Shown here: one piece after another, positions 18,885-27,611 of the stretch
Numbering within the stretch: the first letter of the stretch is position 1
Layout of the letters: every line of letters begins with the position of its first letter
From: an uncultured Gemmatimonadales bacterium
Lineage (GTDB): Bacteria; Gemmatimonadota; Gemmatimonadetes; Longimicrobiales; RSA9
Reading direction: 5' to 3'
DNA length: 64,000 nucleotides
Assembly: GCA_963708135.1 (NCBI GenBank)
Contig: OY970192.1
Span: 3,104,001 to 3,168,000 of the forward strand
Position numbers and translations under genes: made by a program
The notes under the pieces: model-generated
What the model was told of the DNA's origin: nothing
The model's input: only the letters and a program-made list of their open reading frames with translations
Databases searched by the model: none

Positions 18885-20605
18885 GTTTCCGACCTGAGCC
18901 CGATCCGCGACACCAGGCCGGCGTAGCGCGGGTCGGCCCGGAGCGGATCGTAGGACGGGTCCACGTGCAGGTAGATGAGCCCCGACGAGCGCTGCGCCAG
19001 CGCGCGCTCGAGCGCCGCGAACGCGCGGTCGGGCTCCCCCGTCGCCGCGTAGCCGGCTGCCAGGTACTCCGCGCGGACGTAGTGGGAGCCGGCCTCGAGC
19101 TCGCGGAGCCGGGCGCGGGCGCCCTCCACGTCTCCCGTGGCGACCATGGCGCGGGCGATGAACGGGACGGCCGAGGGCACGTGGCCGCTCACCTCGTGCG
19201 CGCGGTGGAACGAGGCGAGCGCCTCCGCCGACTGGCCGCGCAGCAGCTGACACTGGCCCAGGATGAGCAGCGGCCGGAACGAGGTCGGATCCAGCTCGAC
19301 GGCCCGAGCGAGCTCCTCCACCGCCGCGTCCACCTTCCGCTGGAAGTAGAGGTAGCGCGCCAGCCAGTAGCTGGCGATCGGGGAGAGCGGGTCCAGCGAG
19401 AGCGTGGTTCGCATCTCCCTCACGCCCTCCTCGAGCTGCCCGTTCGGCGGCAGGATGCTGCCGAGCCCCCAGTGCGCATCGGCGTAGCGCGGGTTGGCCG
19501 CCACCGCCCGGCGCATCGCCAGCTCCGCGGCGTCGAACCGCCACTCGAACCAGCCCAGCACCTTGCCGATCGCGGTGTGCGCCTCCGCGAGCGCGTCGTC
19601 CAGCGCCACCGCCTTCTCCGCCGCCTCCTTGGCGGCGGGGTAGGCCTCCTCCGGCGCCACCCAGTCGTCGGCCAGCTGCATCCACGTGTCGGCGATGCCG
19701 GCGTACGCCCGCGCGTACTCCGGGTCCAGCGCCAGCGCCTCCCGGTACAGCTCCAGGCTGCGGCGCAGGTCCGCCTCCTTGAAGCGCGTGAACAGGAAGC
19801 GCCCCTTCAGGTAGAGCGTGTAGGCCCGCACGTCGTGGGTGACCGGCGCCACCAGCGGGCGCTCCTCCTCGCCGACCAGCTCGACCTTGAGCGCCTCCAC
19901 GATCGCGCGGGCGATCTCGTCCTGCACCCGGAACACGTCCTCGAGCTCCCGGTCGTAGGTGTGCGACCAGAGATGGTAGCCGTCGGCCGCGCTGATCAGC
20001 TGCGCGGTCACCCGGATCCGGCTCCCCGCCTTGCGCACGCTCCCCTCCACCACCGACTCGACGCGCAGCCGGCGCGCGATCTCGAGCACGTCCAGATCCT
20101 TGCCCTTGAAGGTGAACGACGACGTCCGCGAGGCCACCCTCAGCTGCTCCACCTTGGCCAGCGCGTTCAGGATCTCCTCCGTCATCCCGTCGCTGAAGTA
20201 CTCGTTCTCCCGGTCGTCGCTCATGTTCACGAACGGCAGCACCGCGATCGAGCGCTCGGCCGCCGGCGCGCCATCCGCCCCCGCGGGTGCGGGCGGGGGC
20301 AGCGTCGCCACCCCTCCTCCGGATCCCCCAGGCGATGTGGCCGCAGCATGCTCCCCGGCCCCCGCGGGCGGCGTGCGGCGGACGCCGCCCGGCGTGACGT
20401 CGAAGGTCCAGGCCAGCAGGAGCGCGACGGGGAAGCCGAGCAGGAGCAGCACCACCACGAAGGTGACCGCCCAGCCGGGAAGCAGCAGCGCCGGGAAGAT
20501 GGTGGCCGCGGCCTGGATGAGCACCCAGGCGACGATCACGTAAGTGAGCGCGAGAGGCGCCACCTTGCGACGGCGCAACTCCGACCAGAGCTCGCTCAAC
20601 GCCAT
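18881..20605 (-). CDS. TolB-like domain / TPR protein with two N-terminal TM helices (adenylate-cyclase-associated type)
   Basis: SELRRRKV plus 2 TM, SIAVLPFVNMSDDRENEYFSDGMTEEILNAL, VEGSVRKAGSRIRVTAQL, TPR repeats and the terminal DPLRADPRY. Confidence 0.88.
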   Translation of the reverse strand: MALSELWSELRRRKVAPLALTYVIVAWVLIQAAATIFPALLLPGWAVTFVVVLLLLGFPVALLLAWTFDVTPGGVRRTPPAGAGEHAAATSPGGSGGGVATLPPPAPAGADGAPAAERSIAVLPFVNMSDDRENEYFSDGMTEEILNALAKVEQLRVASRTSSFTFKGKDLDVLEIARRLRVESVVEGSVRKAGSRIRVTAQLISAADGYHLWSHTYDRELEDVFRVQDEIARAIVEALKVELVGEEERPLVAPVTHDVRAYTLYLKGRFLFTRFKEADLRRSLELYREALALDPEYARAYAGIADTWMQLADDWVAPEEAYPAAKEAAEKAVALDDALAEAHTAIGKVLGWFEWRFDAAELAMRRAVAANPRYADAHWGLGSILPPNGQLEEGVREMRTTLSLDPLSPIASYWLARYLYFQRKVDAAVEELARAVELDPTSFRPLLILGQCQLLRGQSAEALASFHRAHEVSGHVPSAVPFIARAMVATGDVEGARARLRELEAGSHYVRAEYLAAGYAATGEPDRAFAALERALAQRSSGLIYLHVDPSYDPLRADPRYAGLVSRIGLRSET

Positions 20606-20804
20606 GGGGGCAGGCCCGGCTCAGGGGGATACGGCGGATGGGGTGTGCCTCACAAGATACCATGCGGCGGGGGCGCCGCCAAGGACGAGCCGCCCGGGCG
20701 ACGCTCCATTCCACGCGCAGGGAGCGGCAATCCTCGCCGCGGGCCCGCAGTGCGGCCGGCGGCAGGGCGAGGGGCGAAGCGGTCCGCCCCTCACCCGGCG
20801 CAGG

Positions 20805-21443
20805 TCAGTCCTCGTGCCGCTTCCTGAGCACCTTCCCGCTGTTCGCGTTGACCAGCACCTCCTCGTGCCCCGAGGGGGCGGTGTCCAGGTCGATCTCCCA
20901 GACGAGCACGCCGTCCTCCGTCTCGAGGTCCACGTCCTTCACCGGCGCGCCGGGTACCGCGTGCTTCGCGATCGCCACGGCGTGCTCCTCCGAGATGGCG
21001 GGGTGCATCTTCTCGATGTCCTCCTTGCTGAAGACGCGGTCCGCCTTCTTCGCGGCTTCCTTGCCCGTCTTCTCCGCTTCCCTGCCCGCCTTCTCGGCCT
21101 CCTTGCGGGCCTCTTTCGCGGCCCCTTCGGCCTTGTTCACCGCCGTCCCCACGAGGTCGTCCTCGTGCTTGCTGTAGACGATCGCGCCGGTATGCGCGTC
21201 CACCCGGACCTCCTGGTGGCCGGAGCCCGGCGTCTCGATGTCGAACTCCCAGACCAGCACTCCATCCCTGGTCTTCAGCTTGGCGGACTCCACGCCCTGG
21301 TTGTCCGGCACCTTCGCGAGCGCGATGGCGCGCGCACGGTCCAGGGTCAGCGTCCCCGCCGGCGCGGGCTGCTGCGCCTCCAGCGCCCCGGCGCCCGTGA
21401 CCAGGGCCGCCGCGGCCAGCACGAGCAGGCTCGATCGAATCAT
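20805..21443 (-). CDS. Secreted protein with two PepSY domains
   Basis: Signal peptide and two repeats of A..IAL...VP...GVLVWE.DI....EV.VDA.TG. Confidence 0.85.
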   Translation of the reverse strand: MIRSSLLVLAAAALVTGAGALEAQQPAPAGTLTLDRARAIALAKVPDNQGVESAKLKTRDGVLVWEFDIETPGSGHQEVRVDAHTGAIVYSKHEDDLVGTAVNKAEGAAKEARKEAEKAGREAEKTGKEAAKKADRVFSKEDIEKMHPAISEEHAVAIAKHAVPGAPVKDVDLETEDGVLVWEIDLDTAPSGHEEVLVNANSGKVLRKRHED

Positions 21444-21688
21444 GGCTTCTCCTCCGTCGTCGGTCCGTGCCGTGTGGGAGGCGGATGCCTCCACCCGGAA
21501 AGCGCGCAAGGTCGGTACCAGCAACGGATTGGAGACCGCCAACGCGGCCGCGGCCGGCGCGTCCCGCCCGGCGGCACGGACCGGTGCATGCGCGTGAAAC
21601 CCCTATTGCCCGCCCCACGTACGAGTTATCATTCGGCCGGCGCCCCACCTTCCCGGCGCCGACCCCCGTTCTCGAACCGTCGAATGGT

Positions 21689-22390
21689 ATGAGCGCACTT
21701 CCAGGTACGCCCCGAGCCGTCGTCGCCCTCGTCCTCGGCATTGCCGCCGTCGGCTGCGGCGGCGCCGTCGCCTCCGGCGCGAAATCCTCCCCCGCGCCGC
21801 GCGCCGCCCCCTCGCCGGCGCCGAACGCGGAGGTCGAGGCCATCTACCACGCGCGCATGGACAGCGCGCTCTCCCACTACACGGACGCGGACGTCCGCTT
21901 CATGAGCGGGATGATCCACCACCACGCGCAGGCGCTCGTCATGGCGGAGTGGGCGCCGAGCCACGGGGCGAGTCCTTCCGTGCGGACGCTGTGCGCACGC
22001 ATCATGAACTCGCAGACGGACGACATCCACCTCATGCAGCACTGGCTCGCCGAGCGCGGCAGGCACGTGCCGGACGTCCAGCTCGACACGGCCAGCGTGC
22101 TGATCGACGGCAAGCCGCCGATGCACATGCACGGGATGCTCTCCGACGAGCAGATGCGGGAGCTCGACCACGCCACCGGCACGGAGTTCGACCGCCTGTT
22201 CCTCAAGTACATGATCCAGCATCACAGCGGCGCGCTCACGATGGTGGACGACCTCTTCGGCACCGACGGCGCCGGACAGGACATGCTCGTCTTCAAGTTC
22301 GCCAACGACGTGCAGATCGATCAGAAGACCGAGATCGCCCGCATGCAGCGCATGCTCGACGCGATCTCCGCAGGAGGCCGGGCACCGTGA
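21689..22390 (+). CDS. DUF305 (ferritin-like, HH motif) lipoprotein
   Basis: Lipobox AVGC, ADVRFMSGMIHHHAQA and FDRLFLKYMIQHHSGA. Confidence 0.88.
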   Translation: MSALPGTPRAVVALVLGIAAVGCGGAVASGAKSSPAPRAAPSPAPNAEVEAIYHARMDSALSHYTDADVRFMSGMIHHHAQALVMAEWAPSHGASPSVRTLCARIMNSQTDDIHLMQHWLAERGRHVPDVQLDTASVLIDGKPPMHMHGMLSDEQMRELDHATGTEFDRLFLKYMIQHHSGALTMVDDLFGTDGAGQDMLVFKFANDVQIDQKTEIARMQRMLDAISAGGRAP

Positions 22391-22446
22391 TCGCACCGAA
22401 CCCGATCCGGCGCGGGCCCCACACCCCCCAGCAAAGGAACCGTGTC

Positions 22447-24462
22447 ATGGACTCCGTCGCTCCGCTCCGCTCCAGGGCCGGGAAGGCCGCCGCCTTCCGG
22501 GCGCCCCGGCTGCGCGCCCTCGCCGTCGCCGCAGCGCTCGTCGGTGCCGCCGCCTGCGCTTCATCCCAGGCGACGAACACCGCCTCCGGCCCCACGCCCG
22601 GCGCCGACCTCTCGAAGGCCGCGCCGAGCCCGGACCCGCGCGTCGGACTCGCGCCCGGCCTCACGGATGCCGGCGAGGCCGCCTGGAACCTGAAGGTCAT
22701 GGCGCAGATGTCGCCGGCCAAGGACTTCATCGGCGTCACCAACTCCGACCTGGCCTTCACGGGCCGGTACGCCATCCAGGGCAACTACAACGGCTACCAG
22801 GTCTGGGACATCTCCGACCCCGCGCACCCGACGCTCGCCGAGGGCTTCGTGTGCCCCGCGTCGCAGAGCGACGTCTCCGTCTACCACGACCTGCTCTTCG
22901 TCTCCGGAGAGGGGCTCGGCGGCCGGCTCGACTGCGGCACGGAGGGCGTGAAGACCACGGTCAGCCCCGACCGCCTGCGCGGCATCCGCATCTTCGACAT
23001 CAGCGACATCCACAACCCGAAGTACATCGGCAACGTGCAGACCTGCCGCGGCTCGCACACCCACACGCTGCTGGTCGATCCGAAGGACCCGGACAACGTC
23101 TACATCTACGTGTCCGGCTCCGCGCCCGTGCGGCCGTCCGAGGAGCTGCCCGGCTGCTCCAGCGGCATGCCGACCGACGACCCGAACACCGCGCTCTTCC
23201 GCATCGAGGTCATCAAGGTGCCGCTCGCCCACCCCGAGCAGGCCGCCATCGTGAGCTCGCCGCGCATCTTCAACGACCTGGCCGCGCCGCCGCGCCACGG
23301 CATGGCCCCCGCCGACAAGGAGGCGGTGGCGAAGGCCAAGGCGGCGGGCGCCTTCGTCGTCAACGTCATGGGCGAGTCGATGGTGCTGCCCGCCCGCATG
23401 ACCGACCCGATGCTGGACAGTATCATGAAGGCCCGCGGCGGCAGCGGTGCGCCCAGCGCGGAGGACAGCGCGGCGCTGCGCAGCACGCTCGACGCCATGG
23501 TCGCGAAGATGATGGCCGGCCGGGCCGACCACGGCCCCACCCAGTGCCACGACATCACCGTCTATCCCGCCATCGGCCTGGCCGGCGGCGCATGCGAGGG
23601 CTACGGGCTGCTCCTCGACATCAGCGATCCCGTGAACCCGAAGCGCATCGGCGCCGTCTCCGACGCCAACTTCTCCTACTGGCACTCCGCCACCTTCAAC
23701 AACGACGGGACCAAGGTCCTGTTCACGGACGAGTGGGGCGGCGGCGGCGCCCCCAAGTGCCGCGCCACCGATCCCAGGGAGTGGGGCGCCGACGCCATCT
23801 TCACGCTCGACAACCGCGAGATGAAGTTCCACGGCTACTACAAGCTGCCCGCGCCGCAGACCTCCTTCGAGAACTGCGTCGCCCACAACGGCTCGCTCAT
23901 CCCCGTCCCCGGCCGCGACATCATGGTCCAGGCCTGGTACCAGGGCGGCATCTCCGTCTTCGACTTCGGCGACGCCGCGCACGCGCGCGAGATCGCCTTC
24001 TTCGACCGCGGCCCCGTGGACGGGACCAGGATGGCCATGGGCGGCTCCTGGTCCGCATACTGGTACAACGGCGCCATCTACAGCTCCGAGATCGCCCGCG
24101 GCCTCGACGTCTTCGAGCTCGAGCCGAGCGCCTTCCTCACCCAGAACGAGATCGACGCCGCCCGCTCCGTCAAGCTCGATTACCTCAACGTCCAGGGTCA
24201 GCCCCACTACGTCTGGCCCGCCACCTTCGCCCTGGCCCGCGCCTACGTGGACCAGCTCGCGCGCTCCGGCGGCCTCTCCACCGACAGGATCGCCGCCGTC
24301 CGGAAGAGCCTGACCGGCGCCGAGAACGCCTCCGCCACCGCGCGCCGCCAGGCGCTCATGGAGCTCGCCTCCCAGCTCGACGGCGAGGCGTCCGCATCGA
24401 AGGATGCCGCCAAGGTGCGCCTCCTCGTCGGCGCCGTGCGCGGACTCGCCGCCGGCGAGTAA
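22447..24462 (+). CDS. LVIVD-repeat (beta-propeller) lipoprotein
   Basis: Lipobox AAAC, NSDLAF, WDISDP repeats, TCRGSHTHT, QCHD, YWHSATFNNDGTKV and NCVAHN. The usual partner of DUF305 genes. Confidence 0.82.
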   Translation: MDSVAPLRSRAGKAAAFRAPRLRALAVAAALVGAAACASSQATNTASGPTPGADLSKAAPSPDPRVGLAPGLTDAGEAAWNLKVMAQMSPAKDFIGVTNSDLAFTGRYAIQGNYNGYQVWDISDPAHPTLAEGFVCPASQSDVSVYHDLLFVSGEGLGGRLDCGTEGVKTTVSPDRLRGIRIFDISDIHNPKYIGNVQTCRGSHTHTLLVDPKDPDNVYIYVSGSAPVRPSEELPGCSSGMPTDDPNTALFRIEVIKVPLAHPEQAAIVSSPRIFNDLAAPPRHGMAPADKEAVAKAKAAGAFVVNVMGESMVLPARMTDPMLDSIMKARGGSGAPSAEDSAALRSTLDAMVAKMMAGRADHGPTQCHDITVYPAIGLAGGACEGYGLLLDISDPVNPKRIGAVSDANFSYWHSATFNNDGTKVLFTDEWGGGGAPKCRATDPREWGADAIFTLDNREMKFHGYYKLPAPQTSFENCVAHNGSLIPVPGRDIMVQAWYQGGISVFDFGDAAHAREIAFFDRGPVDGTRMAMGGSWSAYWYNGAIYSSEIARGLDVFELEPSAFLTQNEIDAARSVKLDYLNVQGQPHYVWPATFALARAYVDQLARSGGLSTDRIAAVRKSLTGAENASATARRQALMELASQLDGEASASKDAAKVRLLVGAVRGLAAGE

Positions 24463-24469
24463 GCCGCAA

Positions 24470-26012
24470 GCCAGCGCCGCCGGGGGCGGCGCTGCGCCAG
24501 AGTGGGGGAGTGGGGGAGTGGGGGATGCGGCGGCCCTCGCCGCGTCCCTCACCTCGCGGCCAGCGCCGCCGGGGGCGGCGCTGCGCCAGAGTGGGAGAGT
24601 GGGAGAGTGGGGGATGCGGCGGGCCTCGCCGCGTCCCTCACGCTCCCGCCGCGGCGCCGAGCCCGGCACCCGCCGCGAACGGCGCGGCGCGTCTGCAACC
24701 GCGCCGCCCGGATCCCGCGCACGCGGCAAACGGCTCCCGGCCCCGCGCTCGAGGCGAGCCTCGCCGCCAGCCCGTCTCCCACTCTCCCACCTCGCGGCCA
24801 GCGCCGCCGGGGGCGGCGCTGCGCCAGAGTGGGAGAGTGGGGGAGTGGGGGATGCGGCGGGCCTCGCCGCGTCCCTCACGCTCCCGCCGCGGCGCCGAGC
24901 CCGGCACCCGCCGCGATCGGCGCGGCGCGTCTGCAACCGCGCCGCCCGGATCCCGCGCACGCGGCAAACGGCTCCCGGCCCGGCGCTCGAGGCGAGCCTC
25001 GCCGCCAGCCCGTCTCCCACTCTCCCACCTCGCGGCCAGCGCCGCCGGGGGCGGCGCTGCGCCAGAGTGGGGGAGTGGGGGAGTGGGGGATGCGGCGGGC
25101 CTCGCCGCGTCCCTCACGCTCCCGCCGCGGCGCCGAGCCCGGCACCCGCCGCGAACGGCGCGGCGCGTCTGCAACCGCGCCGCCCGGATCCCGCGCACGC
25201 GGCAAACGGCTCCCGGCCCCGCGCTCGAGGCGAGCCTCGCCGCCAGCCCGTCTCCCACTCTCCCACCTCGCGGCCAGCGCCGCCGGGGGCGGCGCTGCGC
25301 CAGAGTGGGGGAGTGGGGGATGCGGCGGGCCTCGCCGCGCCCCTCACGCTCCCGCCGCCGCGCCGAGCCCGGCACCCGCCGCGAACGGCGCGGCGCGTCT
25401 GCAACCGCGCCGCCCGGATCCCGCGCACGCGGCAAACGGCTCCCGGCCCCGCGCTCGAGGCGAGCCTCGCCGCCAGCCCGTCTCCCACTCTCCCACCTCG
25501 CGGCCAGCGCCGCCGGGGGCGGCGCTGCGCCAGAGTGGGAGAGTGGGGGAGTGGGGGATGCGGCGGGCCTCGCCGCGTCCCTCACGCTCCCGCCGCGGCG
25601 CCGAGCCCGGCACCCGCCGCGATCGGCGCGGCGCGTCTGCAACCGCGCCGCCCGGATCCCGCGCACGCGGCAAACGGCTCCCGGCCCCGCGCTCGAGGCG
25701 AGCCTCGCCGCCAGCCCGTCTCCCACTCTCCCACCTCGCGGCCAGCGCCGCCGGGGGCGGCGCTGCGCCAGAGTGGGAGAGTGGGGGAGTGGGGGATGCG
25801 GCGGGCCTCGCCGCGTCCCTCACGCTCCCGCCGCGGCGCCGAGCCCGGCACCCGCCGCGATCGGCGCGGCGCGTCTGCAACCGCGCCGCCCGGATCCCGC
25901 GCACGCGGCAAACGGCTCCCGGCCCCGCGCTCGAGGCGAGCCTCGCCGCCAGCCCGTCTCCCACTCTCCCACTCTCCCACTCTCCCACTCTCCCACTCTC
26001 CCACTCTCCCAC
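24470..26012. repeat. Tandem array of six ~238-bp structured units, plus a truncated first unit and a terminal (TCTCCCAC)7
   Basis: Unit starts at about 24559, 24797, 25035, 25273, 25503 and 25741. Each unit has the hairpin CAGCGCCGCC-GGG-GGCGGCGCTG, 2-3 GAGTGGG(G/A) octamers near the start and complementary TCTCCCAC octamers at the end. Confidence 0.95.
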
Positions 26013-26051
26013 TCTCTCCTTGCGTCGGCCAATCCCTGGCCCCATATTTCA

Positions 26052-26081
26052 CCTGCAAGTGATTGGCGAATCCATTGCAGG
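26052..26081. promoter_or_regulatory. Candidate operator palindrome upstream of the TA operon
   Basis: CCTGCAA-GTGATTGGCGAATCCA-TTGCAGG inverted repeat in an AT-rich patch, overlapping the RBS of the antitoxin. Confidence 0.5.
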
Positions 26082-26092
26082 AGGATCCAGAC

Positions 26093-26467
26093 ATGCCCGG
26101 AGCCGCCACCGCCGCCGCGCCCGAGCCCGGCGCCGTGCTGACCAAGGCCGTACGGTCCGCGGCGGCGCGCCTGGGGCTGCGTAACCGGGAGCTTGCCGTC
26201 GTGCTGGGGACGAGCGAGGCGTCGATCTCGCGGCTCAGGGGGAGCCGCACGCTGGATCCGGAGAGCAAGGAGGGCGAGCTGGCCCTGCTGCTGGTGCGGC
26301 TGTTCCGGAGCCTGGATGCGCTGGTGGGCGGGGACGAGCGACGGGCGCGGGCGTGGCTGCACGCGCGGAACGAGCACGTGGGCGGGGTGCCCGCGGAGCG
26401 GATCCGGCAGGTGGAGGGACTGGTCGATGTCGTCCAGTATCTGGACGCGATGCGCGGGCGGCTCTGA
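26093..26467 (+). CDS. Xre/MbcA/ParS-type antitoxin (HTH plus DUF2384-like C-terminus)
   Basis: RBS GGAGG, HTH LGLRNRELAVVLGTSEASISRL and C-terminal ARAWLHARNEHVGGVPAERI...GLVDVVQYLDAMRG. Confidence 0.88.
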   Translation: MPGAATAAAPEPGAVLTKAVRSAAARLGLRNRELAVVLGTSEASISRLRGSRTLDPESKEGELALLLVRLFRSLDALVGGDERRARAWLHARNEHVGGVPAERIRQVEGLVDVVQYLDAMRGRL

Positions 26468-27179
26468 GGTCGGTCCGCTCGCGCTCGAGCCGTGGCGGGT
26501 GGTGGAGGCGCAGCACCTGGTCTCGACGCGGAAGCTGGTGGACACGGACGCGGAGCAGGCGCTGCTGGAGGATCTCATCGAGCGGGTGAAGCCGCCGGAT
26601 CCCACGGGCGGCCGGCTGCACTACCTGCTGGCGACGCCGTTCCGCTATCCGCCGCTCCGCCACGGCTCGCGCTTCGGGGGCCGGCACGAGCGGGGGCTCT
26701 GGTACGGGTCGGAGACGCTGTCAGCGGCGTTCGCGGAGGTGGCGTACTATCGGCTCCTCTTCCTCGAGGGCACGGCGGCGGATCTGGACGGTGTGGAGAC
26801 GCAGCTCACGGCGTTCCGGGCGCGGGTGCGGGCGGAGGTCGGTGCGGACCTCGTCGCGGGCTGCTTCTCGGATTGGCACGCGCAGATCGCCTCGCCGACC
26901 TCGTACGAGGCCACGCAGGCGCTCGGGGCGGCGATGCGGGAGGCGGGGGTGCAGGCGTTCCGCTACCCATCGGCGCGGGACGCGGAGGGGGTCAACGTCG
27001 GGGTTCTGGATCCGGCGGCGTTCGGGCGCCGTGCGCCGCACGCCTTCGAGACGTGGCACTGCACGGCGACGCGGGGGCGGGTGGAGCTGCGGAAGCGGGA
27101 CTACTTCACGCGACGCTCCCTTTCCTTCCTCCGGGAGCGCTTCGTGGTGGACGGACGTCTGCCGGCGCCGGCGCTCTGA
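26427..27179 (+). CDS. RES domain toxin (NAD+ phosphorylase-type)
   Basis: ATG with RBS GGAGGG inside the antitoxin 3' end. Motifs TPFRYPPLRHGSRFG (R), YGSETLSAAFAEVAYYR (E) and FRYPSARD (S). Confidence 0.88.
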   Translation: MSSSIWTRCAGGSEVGPLALEPWRVVEAQHLVSTRKLVDTDAEQALLEDLIERVKPPDPTGGRLHYLLATPFRYPPLRHGSRFGGRHERGLWYGSETLSAAFAEVAYYRLLFLEGTAADLDGVETQLTAFRARVRAEVGADLVAGCFSDWHAQIASPTSYEATQALGAAMREAGVQAFRYPSARDAEGVNVGVLDPAAFGRRAPHAFETWHCTATRGRVELRKRDYFTRRSLSFLRERFVVDGRLPAPAL

Positions 27180-27369
27180 GCGGTTCCGGGCTCGGCTCGG
27201 CGCCCGCACACCGCGCCGGCGCTGGTCCCGAGCGTGCCGTCACGGCCCGCGCGGCCGGATTCGGATTCCGGGGCTCCGCCCCTGGACTGCGCGGCCGCGC
27301 CGCTGGATTCGGATTCGTGGGCACATCCCGGGGCGCGACCTCCGGCGTCAGGCTGTGGCCCGACGGGTC

Positions 27370-27552
27370 GGGCGAGAACAATCGCGCAGTCGAGGCATCC
27401 CCATCCGGCCAAATCCCGATCTTTCCCGGATACCGAGCAAGATCGGGATCTCGCCGGGCCGCCGCCGCGGCCACTGCGCGATTCCTCTCGGATTCCGATC
27501 AAATTCGGGATGTCGATGCCGGCGACGATCTCCATTCCCCGATCTTGCTCGC
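27370..27552. repeat. Diverged copy of the repeat that flanks the DUF559 gene
   Basis: Nearly ungapped match to 58255-58440 and 59822-60007. Contains the perfect inverted repeat CGAGCAAGATCGGG ... CCCGATCTTGCTCG. Confidence 0.7.
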
Positions 27553-27611
27553 GTGCCTCTCGGATTCGAATTCCGGGCTCCGCGGCGGTCCCCAACGCGC
27601 GTCCGCCCTCC

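Noticed and set aside
22851..26268. Long ORFs running through the 238-bp array on both strands
   Set aside because: The period is not a multiple of three, the translations are Arg/Pro/Ala-rich low-complexity sequence, and stop codons are simply rare in this GC-rich repeat.
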